Assembly: GCA_013239625.1 (NCBI GenBank)
Contig: MU056000.1
Location: 8,552,970 to 8,616,969 of the forward strand
Direction of reading: 5' to 3'
Source of the DNA: Lama guanicoe
Lineage: Eukaryota
DNA length: 64,000 nt
Shown: positions 33,140-45,959 of the stretch, in pieces
Layout of the letters: every line of letters begins with the position of its first letter
How positions within the stretch are numbered: position 1 is the first letter of the stretch
Made by a program: the position numbers and the translations under genes
Notes under the pieces: generated by a model
Seen by the model: only the letters and a program-made list of their open reading frames with translations
Told to the model about the DNA's origin: nothing
Database searches by the model: none

Positions 33140-33380
33140 ATATAAATATATATATATTTTATTGAAGTATAGTCAGTTTACAATGTTGTGTCAATTTCTG
33201 GTGTACAGCACAATGCTTCAGTCATACATGAACATACATATATTTGTTTTCATGTACTTTTTCACCATAAGTTACCACAAGATATTGAATATAGTTCCCC
33301 GTGCTATACAGTATAAACTTCTTGCTTATCTATTTTATATATATATTAATTAGTATCTGCAAATCTCAAACTCCCAATTT
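33140..33380 (-). mobile_element. L1 3'UTR fragment
   Basis: attgaagtatagtcagtttacaatgttgtgtcaatttctggtgtacag..ccacaagatattgaatatagttccccgtgctatacag, the reverse complement of the 3'UTR of the 1391-2487 L1. Confidence 0.85.
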
Positions 33381-35136
33381 TAAATAGCACTACTTTTGAT
33401 TTTCTAAGTAGATAACTGCATTGCTAACAAATCATCACAATGTGGTGTCTTGCCTTTTGAAATTTTATGCATTTTTTCTTTATTTCATTACACTAAGTTT
33501 TAATGAGTCTAAATTTTTATGATAAAGTACGATGTTCCATATAAGATTTTCCTATCAAAATGGACAAGTTGGACTGAATGCATTGCACATTTTTATAATA
33601 ATAAATAAAACAATAAACATTTACACAAAAATGTTTTCCTATTGGATTCTGCATTATGGGGTCCACATTTTCTGAGTCTTTTCCCCATAATTTCTCTTTG
33701 TGTAGAATGCCTCTTCTCAACTCAGTCTCTCTTTCATCCAGTTTCGTTGCCTGGACCAACACCTCTGATTCTTTAGGATCCAGGCCAAAGTTATATTTTA
33801 TTTTTATTTTTTTCTTTCATCAATGTGTTTCTTGACTCTTTCGAAAAAATCCTACATTTGACAAATTAGAAATTATAATTAGTTTTTCATATACTCATTT
33901 AGGATTTTTAGCAATATGCTCCACGTACTTATATTTGTGTCCATGACATCTCAGCATGTCCCAGCAATCAATAAACAACCTGCCTTTCCTGTTGAGGGCA
34001 GGTAATGAGGAACTTGCACACAGCATTGAGTCTTGGCAGTGAGGCTTACGATACTCAGGGCAATTATTTCACGACGTTGCTGGATTTTCCACTTCAAAGT
34101 GAACAGGATTTTGAGATATGACCTTGGTTTGGGGGTCTTATTTGGTTTTTGTTTATTTGCATTTCTCTTTTGGATGTGAAAAAAAGAACTATGGATTTTC
34201 AGAGTTGAAAGAGGAAAAAAAAAAAAAAAAGCCTGTGCATTCTCTGCGAACCACTAACTCTCTTACACTTTTTCTACAAAATTGTTTTAAAGAAACTTCG
34301 CCCTTCAAACCTTGGTCCTACCGGGTCCTGGTGAGTGACACAGAGGGGGCGAGACTGCTTGGACAGCCCGTAGGAGTGACTGCTTATGAGACTGACTTGT
34401 AGGGGAACTGGTTCCAGGGGTCGGCAATGGGAGGGCTTTTGTTTCAAGCAGACACTGAAGACCGTCACATCACTAACATGACCAGTGCCGGAGTAGACTC
34501 CCACTTTTTTGAAGACACTGGGGTCAGGCAACTCGTCCACAGCGCTCCTGTTTGCAAGCAAAGGGGAGTGTGTCTGTGACATCCGGGCTCACGGCTGTGC
34601 CGATGTACGAGGATGCGCGTCTAACGTTGTCCCTTATCTTGGGAAGAAATATGATCCCGAGGGCTGGCCTCACGTGCGGATGCGTTTTTAACACCGATTC
34701 TCTGTAATTTGGAGAATCACTTTTGCAGGTTTCACCAGTATGAAATCTGAGGCTCCTGCCTTGAAATGCTGCGTGCTGCTGTAGTAAACAGCACATGGGT
34801 TACAGAGATGATTTAGGACAGAGTTGTGTTTCCCTTATATGATCCTGGGTGTTGGCTTTTCCTTTGAGCTAACAGATTTTTCCAATGACTTTGTGACAAC
34901 ATGTAGATCAGTCTCCCCAAAATTAAGTTTACTGAATGTAAACTATACCTTAATAGAAAAAACACAGAGTCAAATATATCTGAGAAAATGTCAATATTAA
35001 CAACATATTAATAAAACCATAGATTATGTATTTAGAGATTTCCTCATATTTGTTGCCTTCCTCTCTATCCCTGTTGTGTGAAATACTTACTCTTCTAATG
35101 ATCAAAGTCAGTGGCCTCTGCTAGGATGTGACTCCT

Positions 35137-35588
35137 TGTAGTGGATGGTGAATAGTTTCCCCAGATAGTCACGTCCCCCTGGATGCTCAGAACGTGACTT
35201 TATTTGGAAACGGTGCCTTGGCAGAGGTAAACAATGCACTTAAGATGAAGTCAGATTGGGTTAGAGTGGCCACTAAATCCAATCCTGGGGTCTTTATAAG
35301 AGCAAAGGACACACAGACACAGACACAAGGAAGAAGACCTTGGGAAGACAGAGGCAGAGATTAGAGATGCAGCCACGATCTCAGGATGGCACGGAGGCAT
35401 GGGAAGCTAGGAGGGGGCAAAGCGAGATTCTTCCCTGGAACCCTCAAAAGGAGCAGAGCCCTGCTGACACCTTGTTTTCAGACTTCCGGACTCCAGAACA
35501 GTGAGAGGATACCTTTCTGATGTGTTTGAGCCCCCGCCCCCACCCAATATGTGGTCATCTGTCATGGCAAACCCAGGAGATGAATACA
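35137..35588 (+). mobile_element. MaLR MLT1C/D-like LTR
   Basis: aacgtgactttatttggaaa..gaagacagaggcagagattagag..gccctgctgacaccttg..cagacttccggactccagaacagtgagag. Confidence 0.85.
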
Positions 35589-36085
35589 CTTCTCTTTTCT
35601 TGCCCAAAGAACCTGGAGGACACTCTGTGACCTGGTGACCACTGCCTGTGTCCTTGGTGGAAGTGTTCCTTCTTTGGGGACCAGGACCTTTAAACCCCCA
35701 GAGCCCAGCATCACAGGGACAGAAAGCACAAGTCCCAAAATGAGACTACCCTGCTTATACCCCTTGATTCCTGACCCAGGTATTCTTCTCAGAGACACAA
35801 CAATATACAAAGGCCTTTGAGTTAAGGTGCGTGCATTGTGCAGGGAGGGCAGCACCCACTCTCCGGGCGTGTCACCCCTGAGCTGGCACCCCGGCTGTGT
35901 CCCTAGCAGACCATTCCAGGACTCTCTCTGACCAGCCACCTCCGGGTGGTGATGAATGTGAGCAGTCTAGTTGATCCCATGGAAATGGACCTCTTCCTAC
36001 GCCTCTTTCTGCTGTAAAGCGGACCCCTAGTGGGAAGCTACGTCGTGTGGGATCGCAGGCTGCCACCACGGCACTAGCAATGCAG
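35589..36085 (-). mobile_element. ERVL/MaLR internal-like fragment
   Basis: gaagtgttccttctttggggaccaggacct..cccagcatcacaggg, reminiscent of ERVL-type internal sequence in reverse. Confidence 0.4.
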
Positions 36086-36484
36086 TGCAATCGAAGAAGT
36101 GAAGAATTTCTGTGGAAATTTTCTTTTTGATTACTAATAATTTAAATGAAACAATACTATTTTTATAAAATGTATGTGTTCACTAACATTGAACAACAGG
36201 TACAAAGCGTGTATATTATGACTTTCTCTGTCATTATGTTGTGTCTATGTTTACTCTCCCCCCTTAATAAGGGCTCAGTATTAGAAATAGCATCTTTATG
36301 GTCATGATCATTATTCAACAGTTTTATCTGATTATGGTATGTGGGGGGTTCCCTAGTCTGTGCTTGTGACTTGCAATTTGTTTTACCGCAAGTCAGTCAA
36401 CAGTTATTAAGTATCAATGGTACCGAGGGGGTGTCCTTTTTAAATGTTCTATCACTGAAGAATTTTAAAAGTTGAGTTAGTTAT

Positions 36485-37040
36485 CTTTTTTCTGTATAAC
36501 AAATTGCCGCAATGGTAATTCTTTATTGACCTGCTGGTTTCTGCAGGTGAGGAATTGAAGGGGACACGGTGAGGACAGCCATCCTGTGCTCCATCACCGA
36601 GCCTCTGCCGGAAGGCGTGAAGGCCGTGAGCTCGGACCATTTGAGTCCAGCCTGCCTGTGAACCTGGGTTTGATGCTGGCTGTTGGCTGAAACCCTAGCT
36701 GGCACCTTCAGCGGGGACACCTCCATGTGGTCTCCCTGTGTGGACTGGGCTTCCTCACAAGATGGCAGCTGCTTCCCTGTGAGCGTGAGAGTGGGAACCC
36801 GAGCCAGTGAGGGGGGACGAGTCAGACAGCCAGGAAGATCTGTGTTCTTTGAATGACCTTGCCGCGGAAGGTTGATGGCATCACTTCAACTGACTCCACT
36901 GGTCAGTGTGAACCAGCATCAGTCCTCCCCTGCCCTCTCCCAGTTTCACTGTCTGTGGGAAGAGTGCCTGTCCCAGTTTAAGAAGAACCGTGGGATAGGA
37001 TGAAGGATGTGTGTGGCCATTTTGGAAAATAAACTGTCAC
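36485..37040 (-). mobile_element. Old MaLR (MLT1F/H-like) LTR
   Basis: ctgtataacaaattgcc..ctccatgtggtctccctgtgtggactgggcttcctcacaagatggcagctg..gtggccattttgg. Confidence 0.6.
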
Positions 37041-37167
37041 CAGGATGAAGGAACCCACATCAGTGCGCACTTGCTCTGCCTGATACTGTATGAATATTTT
37101 ACCCACATTTGTCATGGAATCCTGCCAGCCTCTCCATGAGACAAACACTAACTCACTTTCCCCCCCC

Positions 37168-37788
37168 NNNNNNNNNNNNNNNNNNNNNNNNNNNNNNNNN
37201 NNNNNNNNNNNNNNNNNNNNNNNNNNNNNNNNNNNNNNNNNNNNNNNNNNNNNNNNNNNNNNNNNNNNNNNNNNNNNNNNNNNNNNNNNNNNNNNNNNNN
37301 NNNNNNNNNNNNNNNNNNNNNNNNNNNNNNNNNNNNNNNNNNNNNNNNNNNNNNNNNNNNNNNNNNNNNNNNNNNNNNNNNNNNNNNNNNNNNNNNNNNN
37401 NNNNNNNNNNNNNNNNNNNNNNNNNNNNNNNNNNNNNNNNNNNNNNNNNNNNNNNNNNNNNNNNNNNNNNNNNNNNNNNNNNNNNNNNNNNNNNNNNNNN
37501 NNNNNNNNNNNNNNNNNNNNNNNNNNNNNNNNNNNNNNNNNNNNNNNNNNNNNNNNNNNNNNNNNNNNNNNNNNNNNNNNNNNNNNNNNNNNNNNNNNNN
37601 NNNNNNNNNNNNNNNNNNNNNNNNNNNNNNNNNNNNNNNNNNNNNNNNNNNNNNNNNNNNNNNNNNNNNNNNNNNNNNNNNNNNNNNNNNNNNNNNNNNN
37701 NNNNNNNNNNNNNNNNNNNNNNNNNNNNNNNNNNNNNNNNNNNNNNNNNNNNNNNNNNNNNNNNNNNNNNNNNNNNNNNNNNNNNNNN
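37168..37788. other. Assembly gap (621 N)
   Basis: Run of N. Confidence 1.
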
Positions 37789-39077
37789 GATCTCAGGATG
37801 GCACGGAGGCATGGGAAGCTAGGAGGGGGCAAAGCGAGATTCTTCCCTGGAACCCTCAAAAGGAGCAGAGCCCTGCTGACACCTTGTTTTCAGACTTCCG
37901 GACTCCAGAACAGTGAGAGGATACCTTTCTGATGTGTTTGAGCCCCCGCCCCCACCCAATATGTGGTCATCTGTCATGGCAAACCCAGGAGATGAATACA
38001 CTTCTCTTTTCTTGCCCAAAGAACCTGGAGGACACTCTGTGACCTGGTGACCACTGCCTGTGTCCTTGGTGGAAGTGTTCCTTCTTTGGGGACCAGGACC
38101 TTTAAACCCCCAGAGCCCAGCATCACAGGGACAGAAAGCACAAGTCCCAAAATGAGACTACCCTGCTTATACCCCTTGATTCCTGACCCAGGTATTCTTC
38201 TCAGAGACACAACAATATACAAAGGCCTTTGAGTTAAGGTGCGTGCATTGTGCAGGGAGGGCAGCACCCACTCTCCGGGCGTGTCACCCCTGAGCTGGCA
38301 CCCCGGCTGTGTCCCTAGCAGACCATTCCAGGACTCTCTCTGGCCAGCCACCTCTGGGTGGTGATGAATGTGAGCAGTCTAGTTGATCCCATGGAAATGG
38401 ACCTCTTCCTACGCCTCTTTCTGCTGTAAAGCGGACCCCTAGTGGGAAGCTACGTCGTGTGGGATCGCAGGCTGCCACCACGGCACTAGCAATGCAGTGC
38501 AATCGAAGAAGTGAAGCATTTCTGTGGAAATTTTCTTTTTAATTACTAATAATTTAAATGAAACAATACTATTTTTATAAAGTGTTTGTGTTCACTAACA
38601 TTGAACAACAGGTACAAAGCGTGTATATTATGACTTTCTCTGTCATTATGCTGTGTCTATGTTTACTCTCCCCCTTAATAAGGGCTCAGTATTAGAAATA
38701 TCATCTTTATGGTCATGATCATTATTCAACAGTTTTATCTGATTATGGTATGTGGGGGGTTCCCTAGTCTGTGCTTGTGACTTGCAATTTGTTTTACCGC
38801 AAGTCAGTCAACAGTTATTAAGTATCAATGGTACCGAGGGGGTATTGTGTCTATGTTTACTCTCCCCCCTTAATAAGGGCTCAGTATTAGAAATAGCATC
38901 TTTATGGTCATGATCATTATTCAACAGTTTTATCTGATTATGGTATGTGGGGGGTTCCCTAGTCTGTGCTTGTGACTTGCAATTTGTTTTACCGCAAGTC
39001 AGTCAACAGTTATTAAGTATCAATGGTACCGAGGGGGTGTCCTTTTTAAATGTTCTATCACTGAAGAATTTTAAAAG
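37789..39077 (+). repeat. Near-identical duplicate of 35377-36471 between two assembly gaps (includes an extra internal repeat)
   Basis: Offset 2412 bp, with the same ORF-track peptides duplicated. 38845-39077 repeats 36239-36471, and 39482-39556 repeats 37092-37167. Confidence 0.95.
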
Positions 39078-39481
39078 NNNNNNNNNNNNNNNNNNNNNNN
39101 NNNNNNNNNNNNNNNNNNNNNNNNNNNNNNNNNNNNNNNNNNNNNNNNNNNNNNNNNNNNNNNNNNNNNNNNNNNNNNNNNNNNNNNNNNNNNNNNNNNN
39201 NNNNNNNNNNNNNNNNNNNNNNNNNNNNNNNNNNNNNNNNNNNNNNNNNNNNNNNNNNNNNNNNNNNNNNNNNNNNNNNNNNNNNNNNNNNNNNNNNNNN
39301 NNNNNNNNNNNNNNNNNNNNNNNNNNNNNNNNNNNNNNNNNNNNNNNNNNNNNNNNNNNNNNNNNNNNNNNNNNNNNNNNNNNNNNNNNNNNNNNNNNNN
39401 NNNNNNNNNNNNNNNNNNNNNNNNNNNNNNNNNNNNNNNNNNNNNNNNNNNNNNNNNNNNNNNNNNNNNNNNNNNNNNNNN
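39078..39481. other. Assembly gap (404 N)
   Basis: Run of N. Confidence 1.
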
Positions 39482-40844
39482 NGAATATTTTACACATTTG
39501 TCATGGAATCCTGCCAGCCTCTCCATGAGACAAACACTAACTCACTTTCCCCCCCCCGTATTTAGGAAAAATCACATGTAAGTGTATAGTTGCATAAAAA
39601 TGTCTAATATCGCTGAATATTTTACCCTCTAAGTTTTTACCTAAGGCTGGTAATAAGGGGGCCGCTAAGAGCCTCATCCCGCCCCAATCCCCGTTCACAT
39701 CACAAGGGGGAAGACACAGTGCAAGTGTGTTCCTGACCAACCGTTACTTTTCTGTGTGGCAGTGCCAATTTTATTAACTTCAATATATGTGTACGTGTTG
39801 AGTGATTGTGTTCACTATTTTGGGGGAGGGGGGAAGAATACAGGGGTTGAATTAAAAATCACATTTATTTCAGGGATGCTACTAGATGGAAGTCTTTTTA
39901 ATCTGGGTCTGATTAAAATGTTTGTTGCCTGAAGGAAATTAGCTTTTTCCTTTCACACGATTATCATAGAATGTCTCATCTTAAGAGGATATTATTAATC
40001 ATTTGAGTAAACTTCCTCATCTCACATCTGAAGCCTGAAGAAGATAACTTATTTGTCCAAGGTCACAAGTGTGAGGATGAAATATCAGACCCAAGGTTAT
40101 GTTTTAATTATAACCTATTTTTAATTTAAAAATGTTTGATGACCGGAAGTGTGCTTTAAAAATAGAATGTGGATATTGACATGCCTCTTATCATTTTATG
40201 GATTCATCATTGAATGATGGAGAACACTTGTTGAATAACATTATCTCACACCAGTAGAAATGATTATGCAAAATTTTAAAATGCGATAATGGCAGAAGGT
40301 TACTATGAAAATAGTATTTGCTGTTAATATTATAAATTTTAGCCTGAAATTTGATGTGTCAACATTGTACTTAAAAACCAGGATGCCACTGGAAGTTCTG
40401 TATCTAGTAAGTTGTCCAATTTTGCTGGAAAAAGGGAAGTACATACGTACACAGATTCTAAATATTGGTGGCAGCTTTCCCAGAGCTAGTTCTTTTCATC
40501 TTTGATTATTAAGCCACAGTTGAATGGACATTTTCTGCATATCAGACATGATATATCTTTGCAAACATAATTTTTTTCCGCAAGGCAAGGAAACTTCTAG
40601 TGGTCATTTTTATTATCCATAGCAAAAAAAAAGTAAAATAACTACACATTGATTGCAGTTCTGAACAACAAGCAGTATAAAAACAGTCAAATATGTATAC
40701 GCTTCGTACACAAGGTACAAATATCAGACACCAGGGGATTTTATTGGGACACACAACTGCATGAGAGAACAGCCTTGCAAGACTGGCATGTTATTTAAAA
40801 AATTCAAAATTAATGCTAGTGATGGAAATACTCTTTATTTGTCT

Positions 40845-42015
40845 TATTTATTTATTTTGTATAATTGACAAATAAAAATTCCGTATATTTAATGTGATGA
40901 TTCAATACATGCACACATTGTAAAATGATTACCATACTCAAGTTAATTAACATATCCATCACCTCACACAGGTTCCTTTTTCTGTGTGTGGTGAGCAGAC
41001 TTGACGTCTACTGCCCCAGCACATTCCAAGTACACAATCCTGTAACATTAACTATATTCACCATGTTACGCATTAGATCCACAGGACCTATGCATCTGAC
41101 AAATGAAAATTTGTGCCCTTTAACCCATATCTCCCCATTTCCTCTACCCCTCAGCCCCTGCCAACCACTGTTCTACTCTGTAGTTCTGAGTTTGGTTTTC
41201 CTAGATTTCATATATAAGTGGTATTATCCAGTATCTCTTTCTGTGTCGGGCTGATTTCACTGAGCCTAATGTTCTTCAGGCTCATCTGTGCTGCCAAACA
41301 TGACAGGATTTCCTTTTTGTGGTTGAATAATATTCCACTGATTCCATTTTGTGTGTATGTATCACGTTTTGTTTATCCATTCATCTGCTGATGGACACTT
41401 AGGTTGTTTCCATATCTTGGCTATAGTGAATAATGTTACAATGAACATGGGAGTGCAAATACGTCTTTGAGATACTGATTTCATTTCCTTTGGATGTATA
41501 CACAGCAGTGGGATTGCTACATCATATGGTAGATCTATTTTCCATTTCTTGAGGAAACTTCATAACACTTCCTATTCTTGGTTTTTTGAGGAATCTCTGT
41601 GCTATGTTCCATGGTGGCTGCACCAGTTTACATTCCTGCAACAGTGCATGACATTTCCCTTTTCTCTACATGCCTGTCTGCACTTGTCATCCCTTATCTT
41701 TTTGGTAACAGCCATCTTAACGGGTATGAAGTGACGTCTCAAGGTGTGTTAGATTTGCTTTTTCTTTATGGTTATTAATGCGGAGCACCTTTTCATTTGA
41801 CTTTTTTTGGAAAATATCTATTCAGGTCCTTTACTCATTTTTCAGTCAGGATACCTTTTATTTTGGCCATTGAGTTGTATGAGTTTCTTGTATATTCTGG
41901 CTATTAACCTCTTCTCAGATGTATGGCTTGCAAACATTTTTTTCCCATTTTGTAGGTTGCCTTTTAATTCTGTTGATTGTTTCCTTTGCTGTGCAGAAAT
42001 TTTAGTTTCATAATG
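40845..42015 (-). mobile_element. Older L1 (L1MA-like) 3' fragment
   Basis: tttatccattcatctgctgatggacacttaggttgtttccatatcttggctatagtgaataatg..cagatgtatggcttgcaaacattttttcccattttgtaggttgcc, the classic reverse L1 ORF2-end/3'UTR. Confidence 0.9.
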
Positions 42016-42378
42016 TCCCAAAACTCTCTCTCGTAAACCTATTCAACCATATCTGATGTGGAACACAAAAGATGTAAAAGATTTTTTTCAATTCTATCTT
42101 ATAATTTGTTAAAAATCAGTTTATATTATTTTAATTGAACTATGAATAAAATCCTGGCTTTAAAGATTAGAATGGATTACCAGGCAATGCTGATAGTGGC
42201 TTATGAATATTAATGTAGCAGCATAAATGGACGTCTCAATTAGATAGCCAGCACATAGCTAGAAAGTGTAGAATGTGTGGTTAGCATAACTACAGTGTTT
42301 AGCTCTGATATTATATAATCATAAGGTTGAAAACTCACAACTATATTCATGTTTAATTACCCAGAACTTCCTGGGTTT

Positions 42379-42812
42379 TGTTATGGACTGTGCCCCGCAC
42401 CACTTCAATTCATACATTGAAGCCCTAAGCCCCTTGTGATGTCTTTGGATGGGTAGAGTTTTAGGGAGGTTATGGTTAAATGAGGTCATAAGTGTGGGGC
42501 CTTGATCTGATGGGACTGCTGTTCTTGTAAGAGGAGGAGATACCAGAGAGCTCTCTCTTTCTCTCTCTCTCTCTCTCCCCTTCTCGCTTCTCTTGTGTTT
42601 GTGCACACCTGCATCTGAACCCAAAAGGTCATGAGAATACATAGCAAGCAACTGTCCATCTGTAAGCCAGGAAGAGAGTTCTCACTGGAAACCGACTCCT
42701 CTGGACCGTGACCTGGGACTTCCAGTCACCTGAACTGTGACAAAATGAATTTCTGTTTTTTAAGGCACCCAGCCTGTGGTATTGTGTTATGTTAGCCCAA
42801 GGAAACTAACAC
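42379..42812 (+). mobile_element. MaLR MLT1A-like solo LTR
   Basis: ttcatacattgaagccctaagcccc..ggttaaatgaggtcataagtgtggggcc..aactgtgacaaaatgaatttctgttttttaaggcacccagcctgtggtattgtgttatg. Confidence 0.85.
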
Positions 42813-44347
42813 AGCTCTCTCATCAATCAGAATAAATGTGTTATTGCACCAATAATTTCTCAATTATGAGGGAAATATCAGTCTTTTTTAAGTACAATTT
42901 TTCATGCTTAGAGTTTATGGATCCCATTCATATATTATGTAACAATAACTGGAAAATATGGGTGGTTGAAACAGGAATGATAAAAAGTCAATGGTGAACA
43001 GAAATAGGGTTTTGCAGCACAGCGTAGGAGAGAGGAAGTTTGGTTAAAATCGTCAGAGACTTGGAGTTGCATTTTCAACTAACAGGTAGTGAAGGGAGAG
43101 AAAAGAGGAGCTTATCGTTGAAAAACCTGCCTTTGATGCTGGAAATTCACATTGGATGGTGCTGTTATATAGTCTATTTGTTGATGTGCTAAATGTTGAT
43201 GTAGTAAATTTACTGACATATTAACTCATCCTACTAATTCCTCCTCTGTGATCTAATCACCTTCCATTCTCCAACAGTTTTTAAATGGATTTATTTGCAC
43301 GTAAAATTCTTTTCAGTTTTATGGTTCTAATACACATTGATAAAAGTAGTCACAATAAAGTGCTTGGTGATGCAGTATCTTCCATAAGAGATTTGTGCAA
43401 TCTTTACTACCAGTGAACAGTAAATGATAAAAATTCACACTTATATAACGTCCACTGGATAACTGCCAAGCCACAGGCTTTTTACTAAATAAGCTGCCAA
43501 GGTCAACAGGATACTTATGTTATAAACCCATATTTAAAGTTCATTTATTAGTATAAAGATAATAGTTTTTAAATATTGTAATGCTAGGGTTTTTGAGTTT
43601 TTTTTTTTTTGGCAAAAATGTGTCTGATTCCAGCTTATCTTTTACATCTCACTAGGGAATATTCACCAGAGAGTCATTTTCCTTTATTCGAACTTCCTGT
43701 GCTGATTGAAGCCCTGACTCTTTTGAAATCCTCAGTGTAGAGCTTCACTTTTTCCTATTTAAACCAAGAAGTTTGCGTGAATTGCAAAGGCCTGACTGAT
43801 GAATCAGCAGTAAGAATTATCGGGACAGAAAGTTCGTAAGAACATGTGCTATTTAGGTGCATCTATGTTGTCTTAGGCAATTTATTGAGAGTTCTTGATT
43901 TTACATTAAAAAAAAAAAAGCACAGAGGCCCAGGGAGGGAAGGAACTGTCTTAAAGACAAGGAGGTAGTTAGTGGGACAACTCTGAGGTCCTGGACTCAA
44001 GCACATTGCCTTTCTGCCCTCCTGTCTTATGAAAGCCCACAGTCTAGATAGGAAACGTTGTGGAGAAGAACACAGAGGTCAAGCCACCAGCTATTTTGTC
44101 TCCTAAAAGCAGAAACATTATTGAAGTAAAGAAAATTAATATGACATTAAATTTTATATTATATATGTACTATAATGTGTATTGTAAATTACATAGAATA
44201 TACAATCGATGTATTATATATTCTCTAAATCTAATAAATTTAACTGCATATAAATATATTTATATATTACATCTAAACGTTCTATTATGTAATTATAATT
44301 TTTATCTTATTTGTATATTGTGAGTAACTCAAGCAGAATAAAGACTT

Positions 44348-44414
44348 TTTTAATTGAACTATAGTCGATTTACAACATTGTGTTAATTTCTAGTGTACAG
44401 CATAGTGATTCATT

Positions 44415-44452
<38 letters not shown>

Positions 44453-44546
44453 TGTTCATATTATTTTTCCTTATAGGTTATTACAAGGTATTGAATATAG
44501 TTCCTTGTGCTGAACAGTAGAACCTTGTTGTTGAATCTATTTTATG
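44348..44546 (-). mobile_element. Short L1 3'-end insertion with 12-bp TSD and internal (TA)n
   Basis: TSD gaataaagactt at 44336-44347 and 44547-44558. L1 3'UTR in reverse, with (TA)n at ~44420-44449. Confidence 0.88.
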
Positions 44547-44899
44547 GAATAAAGACTTCTTGTGTGGCATGCACCATGATACAGAGAACCAATATACATT
44601 GATCATGCAAGACATTACCTCTTCCTGGCTATAACGATCAGCATGTAATTAAACCAAATGACACTGCTAAATCAAAGAGTTTTATTTTTTTAAACGACAA
44701 GTTTTTGACGTTCCTGAAAAGTTAACAATATTAGAAAAATTATCATTCATTTGTTTTTTATATCTTAAATTTCTCAAAAAAAAATGGTGACAAAATGAGA
44801 GACACCCGAAGTTAGCTATACAGAAGCACAAAATGTAAAAATGGAGAAGGCTGTGACTTGAGTTCCAAAGCAATGACACTAAACATGATGCCATATACT

Positions 44900-45050
44900 T
44901 AACTGGATTCTAGAGCCAGACCATCTCGGTGCAAATCTTGACCTCATTAGTTACTAGCAGCATGAACTTGGATATAGTTAAGCTCTCTTTGTCGCAGAAA
45001 AGGAGGATTATAATAGTACCTGTCTCACAGGGTTTTGTGAAGATGAATCA
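44900..45050 (+). mobile_element. MIR SINE
   Basis: ctagagccagacc..caaatcttgacctc..ttactagc..ataatagtacctgtctcacagggttttgtgaagat. Confidence 0.75.
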
Positions 45051-45099
45051 GTTTACACACACACACACACTCTATAGTGCTGTGGCAATCCTGAAACTG

Positions 45100-45939
45100 T
45101 TGCTCTCACTGCCCTAACAAGAAACACCACAGACTGGGTGACTTAAACAACAGAAATTTATTTCTCACAATTTTGATATCTGGAATTCCACCATCAAGGT
45201 GAGATGGGAAGCCCAGGCAGGGCCACTACTTTCCTGCCAGCACCATCCAGTTCCCTGGTCCAGTGGCATTATCTCACTTTTGAAACTCTGGAACTGCTTA
45301 CTTCTAGGAAAGCAAAACTTACCCCTAAGATTCTATTGGTTCCCTGAGCTAACTCTTCATTGGTGCATTTGTAATGCTTCATTCACATGGAGCTCACTTC
45401 TGATTGGTCCATTTCTACAAAGCTTATTCCTAATTAGTCACCTTTGTTATACCTTATTTGCATATGATGTTGCAAAATGTTGCAAAGTCTAGACTGGTAG
45501 CCTATAAAAGCCTGTGTAAATCTACAGACGGGGTCCAGAGCTTGGAGTGTTAACTCCTCTGGGCCCGCTGGTGTAATAAACCTGAGTTCTCCAACCCTCC
45601 AAGTGCTGCTAGGTCTCTCGCCCAAATCCAGGTTGCTGTAACACTGAGCTGTAACACTGAGCTGTAACACACTTTGCTGTAGCAAAAGTGTCCTCAACTT
45701 TGGTTTCTCCCACCTTCTCGCTGAGTCCTCACATGACTTTTCCTCTGGGCACGTGCATCCATGGTGTGTCTTCTTTTTATAAAGACAGTGGTTGCATGGG
45801 AAGAGGGCTCTATACTAATGGCCTCACCCTGACTCAGTCACCCCTTTAATGGCCCTATCTCCAAATATGATTACATACTAAGGTCCTGGGGGTTGGGACT
45901 TCAACAAGAATTGAGGGTAGACACAATTCAGCCCATAAC
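45100..45939 (-). mobile_element. MaLR MLT1-type LTR split by an ERV LTR insertion
   Basis: cacagactgggtgacttaaacaacagaaatttatttctcaca..ccatcaagg | insertion | tgtcc..ccctatctccaaat..gggacttcaaca..cacaattcagcccataac. Confidence 0.8.
45200..45684 (+). mobile_element. Solo ERV1-like LTR
   Basis: TG...CA termini and a 4-bp TSD with one mismatch (aagg/aaag). ATTGG x3, TATAAAA at 45503-45509, AATAAA at 45575-45580 and a (gctgtaacactga) tandem in U5. Confidence 0.85.
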
Positions 45940-45959
45940 CAGCCTCTGGAACCTTCTGC

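Noticed and set aside
36978..39528. 150-290 aa ORFs made mostly of X
   Set aside because: Artefacts of translating N gaps.
45636..45670. CRISPR-like direct repeats (gctgtaacactga x3)
   Set aside because: A spacer-less tandem repeat inside an LTR U5 in a mammalian genome.
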